64,000 nucleotides of DNA from Oopsacas minuta (lineage: Eukaryota > Animalia > Porifera). A program made the position numbers and the translations under genes. The stretch spans positions 460,743-524,742 of the forward strand of contig JAKMXF010000166.1 in assembly GCA_024704765.1 (NCBI GenBank). Direction: 5' to 3'. Below are positions 49,440 to 59,726 of the stretch, piece by piece (the first letter of the stretch is position 1; every line of letters starts with the position of its first letter). Below the pieces are notes generated by a model. That model was not told the DNA's origin and did not search any database. It saw nothing but the letters and a program-made list of their open reading frames with translations.

Positions 49440-50649
49440 TGATCTTCATAATAGAAGTGACATGCATTATAAAGACTGTCTCTTATACACATCTTTGTAT
49501 GATTGGAGGTTGGAACACTATCCTCCTATTTATGAAGAAGATGTTTCTTCTATTACGAATTACGATACCAGTCTCGAGATTTCTGAGATATTGAATAAAT
49601 GGTATCTAGAAAGTCAGAACGTAAGTATACCTTATTACCATTATACGAGTGAAGAAATTGAGCATTCATCACAATGGGAAAGAAAGAGTACAGATTATGT
49701 TACCAAAGTCCTTCTACCCGTAGTCCAAAAACTCTTAATATCAAGTCGTTTGAATAAACCTAGAGCAAGAGTAATGGAAATTCCAGACGAAAAAACTAAA
49801 GAAAATGACTGCACATTACACTCACAAACATTAGAAGATTGCTGTACTCCATGGGGAGGGGAATATAATGGAACCAGACTCGTAAATACATGCTCAGTTG
49901 ATAATTTTATCACCTTATTTAGCCTGCATATGGAAACTCTTTCAACATCAACGAGATTAGCTTCAATTACAATAACGCATAACTTTGAAAGAATTACTCA
50001 AATGGTAAAGGCTCGTAACTTTAACCAACTACGCTACTGGATAGCTCCAAAGCTTGGAATATCAATTGCAGATGCTCAATATGACTTTTTAGGATACGAA
50101 GGGAAGATGGTTAAATTCTTGGAGGAAATTTACTTATGTTCCAGTCAGTATTCAATTCAATTCCAATGTTGGGGCTGCTGCTGTATCTCAGAAAAACATC
50201 TCAACCTATCTTCTATCTATAAGGTCGAAAAGAATTGTCAGGCTACAATAGATAACCACATAAATTCTGGCTTCAACTGCCTCAAGTGCAGAGATGCAAA
50301 TGCCAACATTGAGGAAATGTCCAGAAAATTTTTAAGAGTGCCACCACTTATGATCCTTGAAGTTGGTCACATTTTTAGCTCTTGCAGTAAAGATATCATC
50401 AATCAAAATCAAATTGAGGAAAATATCTTCATATGTCATATGAGCACAAAGCTACATTACAGCCTCATCGGTTATACCATAAATGTTGGGTTGCATTTCT
50501 TTATGAAGATAAAGTGTGGAAAGTGTTGGTATACCTATGATGGGATAGAAAACCAGAAGCTTAAAAAAACAAGTAAAGATATGATGATAAGGCTAGGACA
50601 TATTAACTGTATCTTCTACGCATTGACAGAGATTACAAGTTTAGAATGA
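49399..50649 (+). CDS. USP/C19-like cysteine peptidase-fold protein carried by the Ginger element
   Basis: Cys box-like NTCSVD (C165, 49891), two CxxC (CWGC, CLKC), VPPLMILEV, His box-like [14 protein letters not shown] (H366, 50494), WYTYDG (D381, 50539), terminal CIFY; family call is motif-based inference. Confidence 0.68.
   Translation: MDHSNRIFHSPLHNDLHNRSDMHYKDCLLYTSLYDWRLEHYPPIYEEDVSSITNYDTSLEISEILNKWYLESQNVSIPYYHYTSEEIEHSSQWERKSTDYVTKVLLPVVQKLLISSRLNKPRARVMEIPDEKTKENDCTLHSQTLEDCCTPWGGEYNGTRLVNTCSVDNFITLFSLHMETLSTSTRLASITITHNFERITQMVKARNFNQLRYWIAPKLGISIADAQYDFLGYEGKMVKFLEEIYLCSSQYSIQFQCWGCCCISEKHLNLSSIYKVEKNCQATIDNHINSGFNCLKCRDANANIEEMSRKFLRVPPLMILEVGHIFSSCSKDIINQNQIEENIFICHMSTKLHYSLIGYTINVGLHFFMKIKCGKCWYTYDGIENQKLKKTSKDMMIRLGHINCIFYALTEITSLE
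49476..49494 (+). other. Tn5 mosaic end / Nextera adapter sequence (probable assembly contaminant)
   Basis: Exact 19-mer CTGTCTCTTATACACATCT; translates as CLLYTS and, on the minus strand, MCIRD. Confidence 0.92.
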
Positions 50650-52241
50650 TCATCATTCCACATATTCTAAATCACATAACCGTTCCCTTCGGCTGGGCTA
50701 CAGAAGCCTATATTGTAGTACTTAGCGAATATAAGTCAACGATTAAAATATTCTGCTTGTTTAGTAAAAATATAAGTCGTACCTAGTTACTTTACTTGTT
50801 ATATATAGTTTATGGTAATGGGGCTTGATACACAAGTTTGTAAAAATTCAATTGATTCGTTACCCAATACAGCATTTATTCAGGCCTCCTAGTATCCCAC
50901 TGTTCGTCTTGTTACAATAAATCCTCGTTAATTCCGATCATTATTTTTTTTGCTCAGTCCAGCTCGTACAGCTCAATCCTAAAATACATTTTCAAAGCTT
51001 TGTTTATATTCATTAATTCTTAGAATTTTCCGCTTATTTTTCCTTTGTTGACGTAATACACACGTTAGAAACAATTACTAAAAATTATGATTACATAAGT
51101 GTATGTAAGTAACTAATGTGAGAAGAAACCTAAAAAGTGCTAAGTCATCATAATTGACCACAATGATGAATGTAGAAATGGGGGGACCAATTTCTGCAAA
51201 GGGGACCAAAATCTGCAACGTTTTTGTATTTGCAGAAAATGGTCCCCCCGGACCATTTTCGTAGGGGGGGACCAATTTCTGCAAAACAACGCAATCAAAG
51301 TTCATACCTATATATAGTAATTTGTTTCCTTCTTGTAAAATTTTTCCGAAATTCTCAAAACTTAAACTAATCTTTTTTATTAAAATACTGGAGCGTAACT
51401 AGAGATCCCAGAGCGAGGAGGCAAGGATGGATATTTGCCTCAATATAATGGCGATTACAATAGGGAGATGAGGCAACGCCCGAAAAGCGAGAAGGCAACT
51501 GCCTCCCCTGCCTCAATGGTAGTTACGCTCTAGAAATACCTTCTACTTGTTAAATGTTAGTTTAAGTAACCAAAAGATATTTATAGTAGAAATTTGTAAT
51601 GGATAACTGCAATCCTTCATGATCAAAGAGAATATAATCAGTGGCCTGGAAACTATTTTGACAATTCTTTGCTTAACCAGCCGTGTATATAGTAGCCATG
51701 GTTCGACCCTTCGTATATAGTAGTGGAACATATTTGAGGTTTATATCTTTGTAAAAACATTTGAATATGCTTGTGTAACAACTTTTTATCTTATGTTTGT
51801 TCATTTGAATAATATCTAAAACTAATTATATGTTTATACTCCTACCTTATTTCTGTAGTATAATATTCTTTGGTTTTATGCCTGTATTTTTCTCATTATA
51901 ATTACCACTATTACAAATACTGTTACATTATTTGCACTACTAGCACTGTGTCATTATGAATTCATTATGCTTGTTAATGTATATTTATAGAATAAATTAC
52001 TTTCTAATCAATTGACGACTTTAGTATTGCGGAGGGTATTACGCCACCAATCTGTCTACTGTGCTAGTTCCTAACACTCTATTTGTAGTGTAAATTTTAG
52101 CTGTAATCGGAGTAGCGTATCTCTTTAATGAGTTTTGCACTCGTGATCTATACACAAGCGTTTCTTTTAACGGACAGTATAAATACATTAAACAAATATT
52201 TTTGTGATTATACATTGAAAGTTAAAAATTACAATTAATTT

Positions 52242-52562
52242 ATGGCTCAGGATATAGATCGAGAGCTTTGGAGACTGGGCTTCTCACTTGACGATATCCT
52301 ACAACTTGACATTCCATCTCTCAACAAGGAGATCAACAGGAAATCTCTCTCTCACGAGGAAGGCAAGCAAATTAAAGAATTCCGCAAAAAGTACAAGAAG
52401 CGCGAGTATGCGCGGAGACGTCATAGAGAGACAGTTCAGGTCATCGAGCAGCTAGAGCAGGAGAAAGTTTACCTACGCAAGAACCTGGAAGAAATGGAAT
52501 ACCAAGTGCGCGTGTTAAAACACCAGAGAAAGCTACTACAGGATGTCGGCTACTATAAGTAA
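52242..52562 (+). CDS. Small Maf-like bZIP protein with a divergent basic region
   Basis: Maf extended-homology-like FSLDDILQLDIPSLNK..LSHEE..QIK, basic region RKKYKKREYA, leucine heptads; 106 aa. Confidence 0.7.
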   Translation: MAQDIDRELWRLGFSLDDILQLDIPSLNKEINRKSLSHEEGKQIKEFRKKYKKREYARRRHRETVQVIEQLEQEKVYLRKNLEEMEYQVRVLKHQRKLLQDVGYYK

Positions 52563-54341
52563 TCCCTTTGCATTCCCAATTATTTATCTTATATTCCGTG
52601 TCAGAGTAAAAACTCATTTGCATATACATCATCTCACATAAATAGCTGAAGCTCTACTTGTTCATATGTGTTTGTTCTTGTTTGCAATGCTGATTGGTGT
52701 TTGCTTGTAAATATTTCTTCTCGTTTTGATTGCTCTAACAGTATTAAACATGCGTATGCAAACTTTATGGATAATTAATAGGACATAGTAGTTCGGGCGT
52801 ATTCAGGCCATTTCTAAAAATAATTTTACATAAGAAAGATGCGAAATTCGGATTCAGCGTACTTTGTTATCCCTGTTTAGTCGTTGAAAGCAATTCGAAT
52901 TCTCTGTATATTTTGAGCTCTCAATTCATTGTTTACTTATATTCAATTATTCATAAAACAACAGTTAATTGGCATCTAAGAAACTTGAAAATGTGAAAAT
53001 TGGATTGAGTGTACTCGGTTAAAACCTTACAAGTATAATCCTAGTTAGTGCAAGCATCTACGTATATTTTGAAATTACAATTATCTTTCCACTATATTCA
53101 GAAAAGAAAAATTTATTTAATTATGAAAATCGGATTCAGCTTCAGCATATTCGATATAATTTGGTCTATTTTATTGATCCTTAATTCTTGATAAACACGC
53201 TATATAACTTATATACATATACGGGATATACATTTGAATTCAAATAGCATCCCATAAATACTTTCATTGATAACGGACAAATAACCAGACAGACTGGCAC
53301 AGACAGACTGACAAGAAATTAAGAATTCAAAATACAGATTATTCTATAATGTCTTCATGCGGGTGAAATTACCACTTGTTTCTTTCTTCCTATCAACTAC
53401 GTTGCAAAATCTCTTTACTCTGCACCTGCAGTATAAGTCTACGGACACGGTAGCAATATCTTTAAATTACTTCTAAGGACGACACTAATTATTCTAGCCA
53501 TATTGTCCTGGGAAATCCAACCTCCCAGACCTGACCATATATATACTTTAGTAAATTGATTATGTAGAAAATATATTCAGAATGTGACTATTACTTTAAG
53601 ATAGTCATTACTTCTCTCAGCGTCAGCGGATCTACTCTTTCCACTTCCTACGCTAGTCACAATAGGTAAACTAGCTATCTCAAAAATTGTTCATACCACA
53701 TCATGGCTATTATGTTAGAATATTATACTTACATATTATTATCTAATCTTTATGGAATTATAGTGCTGACACTATGGAAAATTCCATATTGAGCTCTTTT
53801 GATCAGATCACATTTCCCACAATGTATTGCTAGGTTTATTGAATAATTAATTAAACTTCTGCTTACACAGTACATGTATTAAGATAATTAGCTCGATTTG
53901 ATAGATAAATTCAAATTAACCAGTAATATCAATGGGGTATCGACGTAAACTGCTATAATTATTTTTTGCTGACAACTGTGTAATAATACTTATTAACCAT
54001 AATTAATTCACAAATCTTTGATATTATATAAGTGTAATATTGTTTATGAAGTGAAAATCAAGAGTAAAGTGGCCTATGGGACAGCTATTATTTATGGAAG
54101 TCAGACATCTCGCTACTTATTTGATTGGTCAATTTTAAATATTATTTTCAATTAAATTCTAAAGTGGTTAACGGATTGAAAAGTAAATAAAGTACTCGAT
54201 TTCACATCAATTGGAAGTAGAGTACTAAATTGTTCTTCAAACAGTTAGGATTCGATACATAGGAATTTCAATGTATCAACTGTGGATTTCAAAGTATCAA
54301 CTGTGAATTTCAAAGGTCAAACTTGTATAGTTTCCCAGATA

Positions 54342-54485
54342 AGTAAAATGCTCTGACTAAGATAGATGAAAGTTATTTTAGGATTCGTAAAGTGTTTCAT
54401 CATGAACACTATATTATTGTTCATGATGAAACACTTTTACGAATCCTAAAATAACTTTCATCTATCTTAGTCAGAGCATTTTACT
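54342..54485. repeat. ~144-bp near-perfect hairpin (probable MITE)
   Basis: ~67-bp arms agtaaaatgctctgactaagatag...catgaaca, 9-nt loop, one 1-nt indel; no clear TSD. Confidence 0.85.
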
Positions 54486-54843
54486 ATACTTTCCAAATTA
54501 CAAACGCCCAAGATATTTTCTTGTAATTCAAGGGTCGCTTACTATAAACTAGTGGCGTGACGAGGCCAATTGCCGCTGGAATCAAGCGTGAGAACGTCTT
54601 TTTGTGCTCACAGTACTTCTCTATACCGTCATAACTCCAGCACCAACCTTCCAGATATATTCGAAATGTATTGATCTTTTATACATGACATACCGTATAT
54701 GAAACACAGAATAAATATATGTACATGCACTGGACAGAGATCATATTTGACCACACCTGAATTTTTGAGTGATACTTATATCACAAAACATTTGGTCCGG
54801 CTGGACCGTTCAAGACGCGGCTAATCTGTTCAAGTATATAAAA

Positions 54844-54875
54844 CTAGCAAACTACCCGTCGATTTCCACGGAAAG
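54844..54875 (-). mobile_element. Helitron-like 3' terminus
   Basis: Minus strand reads TTTCCGTGGAAATCGACGGGTAGTTTGCTAG|T: short CCGT/ACGG hairpin then CTAG followed by T. Confidence 0.5.
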
Positions 54876-55460
54876 TTCACAAATACAATTTTGTAACATC
54901 TATAATCTGACATTTATTTTTGAACCATGTCCTGCGCAGTACTTTAGTTAGTTAGCTGTAGGAACAGCTGAAAATAATGCACCAATAACTATGCGGAATT
55001 TCTAATTGGATGTACATGGCCCAATAATAACTTAGTTTAATGTCGGGATGTGAATTGGTACGGTCACTGACACTCCGAGGATCACTTGGGATTTCTGTGG
55101 GACCATTCATGACCCCAACGATATGCTACTATTTCATTGCTCTATATTAGTACTCTATGGGATTATCCACGACTCATTTAATTTACTTAGCCCTGCATTT
55201 CCGGATTGCGGTCTTCTATAGTTTAATTTACAAATACTGTAGATTACATGCCGCTGGAATATTAACAATACACACTAGAAGATAAACATAGATAAAAACA
55301 TAATGTAAAACTCATAGATTGAGTTGTTGGAGGATTTTGTCAGGCAGCTAGCACATCTTGACAACTGTCCTTAGTCCTTGGTAGCTGTATTGAAGAGGAG
55401 GAGGAGGAGGAGAATTAGAAATGGGGCATGGCAGTGGATTTAAGAAGAAATGAAAGGAAA

Positions 55461-55627
55461 GAATTCACACCAAAGGTATAGAGTTAGTGAAGCGCACGAG
55501 TGAACATACTCATCCGCCTGACGAGCAGGCTGTGAGCTGCTGCGAGACGAAGGTGGGTATCAAGAGGAAAGCGCACACCACATAGTGGGCGAGAGTTTGC
55601 AGACAGCATCAGAGGGTACTGCTGCTA
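55461..55627 (+). repeat. Inverted copy of the 5' part of the adjacent MULE transposase (56379-56564)
   Basis: About 5 substitutions and a 19-bp deletion between AGCGC direct repeats. Confidence 0.88.
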
Positions 55628-56640
55628 TATGGATACCGCCGGGTAGTATGCGACCGATATATGTCCTCTCGAAGTAGTCGACTAGATCGCCTATCTCAGG
55701 CGTAAGGGGGAGGTCCATTGCCACTTGATCAAACAGATCGGGTACGTCTGGTGGTCGGGCAAAAGCAAGGGCTGGTATCCTCCGGATGCGCATAGCCAAC
55801 TCTTCGTCATGTGTGTAGGCAAACTGCAGCCCTACAGACTGCACATGCCGCCAGATATTCTGTGTGAGGTGCAAGAAGCAGCACTTCACTACTGTGTTAG
55901 GCCAGACATGCTCAAAGCTGGTAATCGGGCCCTTCTCAAAGTCCAGGAGCATCTGTTGAGGCTGGGCAAGTGGACAGAGTAGGCGGATCTGTTCCCACAT
56001 CCTCAGGTAGGCAGCCTCCGTCTTGTTGGGCAGTAGCACGAACTGGCTCGGTAACAGATGACCGGTCTTCATAGGATCATCTCCTTCACGGAGTCCATGC
56101 ATCTCATACACCTGGGCGAAGAGGGGAGGTGCCGTCTTGAAGGTGCCATCAGCTAGCCAGATCTTGCTTCGCTGCAGCATCCCGAGGTTGTGTTGTGTCG
56201 CGAAGATGAGGAATCTGTGTACATCGTCTGCACCAGAGTCGTAGAGTAAGAACTGTTCTCCCTTGGCTGTCTGCTGGTAGAGCTAGCTCTGCTAGAGTGG
56301 TAGGCTGTGCTGGAGCTGCAAGTACAGTAGCACGTTGGCGTTGTATCGTCCGCTTCAGGTTGTCCAGTTTGGGGAGTTTAGCAGCAGTATCCTCTGATGC
56401 TGTCTGCAAACTCTCGCCCACTATGTGGTGTGCGCTATCCTGCGACTCCCGCGCTTTCCTCTTGATACCCACCTTCGTCTCGCAGCAGCTCACAACCTGC
56501 TCGTCAGGGGCATGAGTATGTTCACTCGTGCGCTTCACTATCTCTATACCTTTGGTGTGAACTCTAGCTTTGCAAACTCCTCTTTATTCACACAACCAAT
56601 GCCGACCATCTCCTTCTCTCCTCTCCATTGAGGTGCAGCT
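55628..56640 (-). pseudogene. GC-rich MULE transposase, frameshifted and 3'-truncated
   Basis: EHTHAP, LPKLDNLKRTIQRQR, WLADGTFK, LDFE, CCFLHLTQ, DYFERTYIG; the region with the catalytic Glu is missing. Confidence 0.85.
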
Positions 56641-57027
56641 ACCATAGAATAAGAACAGTGGTTATGATGCGGTAGCTGCATCTCTCTTGATATTTCTTAC
56701 ATCACTATTTACAACACTACTCTCAGACATATTATTATAATTTATCATGATTATTTATTCTCTTATATTTATTATAATTTATAATAATTTGTATTCCATT
56801 AGTTTGTAGACACATAGATATTAAACATTCAATATAGTATATTTATGACCTGATTTGATTCATCTGACTTGTTATCGAATAGAAACCTAAATGGTTAATT
56901 TCCTGGCACGAACGGGGTGGTTCAAACTTTACATAACACTTAATGCCTGAATTGGATATCTTACTGGCAAGTATTCTCATGTCCCCATTTTGTAGGAAGA
57001 TTGGGTAGGGGTATAACTTGTAACACA

Positions 57028-57075
57028 TCATACCACCCTATCTTTAGAAGTACTTCTAAGGATAGGGTGGTATGA
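57028..57075. repeat. 48-bp loopless palindrome
   Basis: TCATACCACCCTATCTTTAGAAGT|ACTTCTAAGGATAGGGTGGTATGA, one mismatch. Confidence 0.9.
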
Positions 57076-59254
57076 AGTTCATTTAACCATGACCTACGTA
57101 AGACCACGATTTGACTTATAATACGTAACACTTCGAATTGTTACATGATTGTAAGTTAAAGAACAAATATCTGTTACAGATATCATTCCGATCTATCCCT
57201 GCAAGGCCAATATTTAAAGGTGGTGGGCTAGTTTACTTAACTAAAACACTACCTATCTAGATATTAAATTATCACCCAGATTACCTGGCCCGATTTACCC
57301 CGTGGCTCTATTATGTGGAGTCTACCGTATTAAAGGAATTTAGAGTTAGATCAGCTCAATGTGGGAAAATATAATAAAGATTTTCCATTAGAAGAACGTG
57401 CTTCAAATATGTGTTAGGATAAATCCGGAATGATTTTATTAATATTTTTCCAAATGTATGGTTAATCCTTTGGTCACAGATTGTGCAATCTATACTTTAC
57501 TACTTGTATAGTTGAAAAATATAAGTAAGCCCTAGAAAGAAGTAATTTAATATAACTTTTAACTGCAATTATATTATCTTATTCTGCTATAATGAATTCA
57601 GCTTTTAACGAAATAGAAGCGATTTCCAAGTACTAGTAGTTTACAATAGTAGTTAGTTACGTCACAGATATTACTTGTGGTCATTTTCATTATTTTCCCT
57701 ATAATCTAAATTGAAATAATTGTCAAATCGATTGACCAATCAAATTAGGTGCGAATTGTCGGTATTCCCATCTTTAAACATTTCCTTTTGAATATTTCTT
57801 ATTATTCGAGTCTCGAAGTGACATGCAAACCTGCAACAATCTATATAACCCCTCAAGGAAATTTCTCAATCAATTATTTTAATTTTCTCATAAATCGAGT
57901 TCTTTAGTGATTAATACACTCACATTGTCTAGGGCTTTCGTAAGCTTCTTGTACTAGTTTTGAACCAAGAGCTCTTCAGTTAAGTCCATTAATTCTAATT
58001 ATTTGCATTCAAATTGAAGACTGATCCAAATTTATTTCATCAATTAGATAATCCTTAATTTTATTGCTGTACCTCCTATCTGTTATTATAGCAGAGTATT
58101 CTGATTAATCATTGCTTGAGTCAGTGAATCTATCTGGTGAAATATAGGAGTATTCAATAGTCATGCATCATTCCGCTGCCTATCATATCTGAGACAATTT
58201 TCTGATAATCATAATTGCTAACTACCCTACCACGTCAAATAGTCTATATTTTAGAATTAAAGTTCTAATTTGACCTCCGCCATTAGCGCTGCCCATTTCC
58301 CACAGATCAATGACTTTGAATAAGTAAATCCAGACCATTGAACTGATTACTCTTTAGTAATCATATCAATGTCTGTATTTACTTAGTACATTCTATTGAT
58401 ATTCAATTCTCATAGATTATCACTATACAATGAGTATAGCTAATAAATCTCACTGAGTTGCTAATACGATATATTTAGAGGTGACAATTGTGATTAGTCT
58501 ATATATTTGTTAAGTAGTTTTTATCAATACTAGTTGGGTCTATTAATATGCTATAGGATTATATAACTATAGGTTATTGATTCCCAATCTTTGATTTATT
58601 CCTCAAAACCATTATTTGATTTTTGTTGATTATTTATTGCCTTCCTAATCACAATCTTAATCTACATTACTACGTCTCTTTACCTCCTCTTTAATCTCAT
58701 CCTTAGCTCTTAAACAAAGACAGTATTTTTCACTTCTCATACGTTTATTAATTGTCTATGAATCTGATGAGTTAATATTGCCAATAATTTGATAGCAAAT
58801 TCTAGCAATTGGGTAAATTAATATTATGGAATTGAATTACGCACACAGTAGACGATTGTTTGTATTAATTGATGCTTATTCTGCTCTCTTATCCATCTTC
58901 TATCCCGCCCTATAGCTATGTACAGTTATTCGACATAATTATACTTATTTTAGAAATTCGCTCTGTTACTAATGTAAATACTATCTTAGGACACACACCC
59001 TAAAAATTTGTTACTTATGTTATCAGTACAATATGTCTGCATTCTTGAGATAAACAGACAATTGTAATTTATGTACGCCAAACCTCATCAATATTATCTT
59101 AATGATACGTAGTTACACCTGAACATTGACTCATAAGTCCTAACAATATCAATGACAATCAATTTAATTAATGGCAGTCTGTGAATGTACTCGTCAAACT
59201 GTGATTTGTTACCTTAGAATATTCTAATTTTATAGTTTGAATCCTTGGGATGTA

Positions 59255-59671
59255 CAGTAGAACCTGACACAGAGAGTGGGGTGTCCGAGAAGTGTTTGTA
59301 AGACTCTTCGCCGACGCGCCCCACTTTGGGAAATACCCCACCCCTAACATTGGAATTTTACGAATTTGTATATTTTAATGAAATTAGTCCTATATATTTT
59401 AAATATATTTTAGGCTATTTCACTTTGGGATTTTCCACTGTATGTTCTCCCAGTTATAACATAATACCATTTTGAGAGATTCTTTTGGCTGGTCTTCGGA
59501 AGATTCTTCCTCCACACCATTTTATGAGGCAAACTCCCTTGAATGACATTTGGCAGGTTCTAATGTATTTTAGAATTTCTAATTGAATTTTGTATACAAT
59601 TTCATTCAATATTGCCTGCCGCCCACCCCAAACCCCACTACTGACAAACCCCCCATTGGGAAGTTCCACTG
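59255..59671. mobile_element. pogo/Tigger-like MITE ending 55 bp upstream of the SYVN1 ATG
   Basis: TA|CAGTAGAACCT ... AAGTTCCACTG|TA. Confidence 0.6.
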
Positions 59672-59726
59672 TATTTCCTATTTATAATTAAATGTCCCAC
59701 TTTTATTAGCTTTTTGTTATTTTAAG

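Larger units (their letters stand above)
47594..51288 (+). mobile_element. Ginger-type (Gypsy-integrase-related) DNA transposon, 3695 bp, probably Ginger1
   Basis: 306-bp TIRs (47594-47899, 50983-51288) beginning TGT and ending ACA, differing only in homopolymer lengths; 4-bp TSD ACGC (47590-47593, 51289-51292); no LTR, gag, protease, RT or RNase H. Confidence 0.92.

Noticed and set aside
49082-49492. Minus-strand 136-aa ORF starting MCIRDS
   Set aside because: Its start is the Tn5 mosaic end, and the rest is antisense to the integrase
57900-58500. Decayed coding-like sequence (also ~25080-25620 and ~18300-18580)
   Set aside because: Multiple stops in all frames and no identifiable motif; needs tBLASTx
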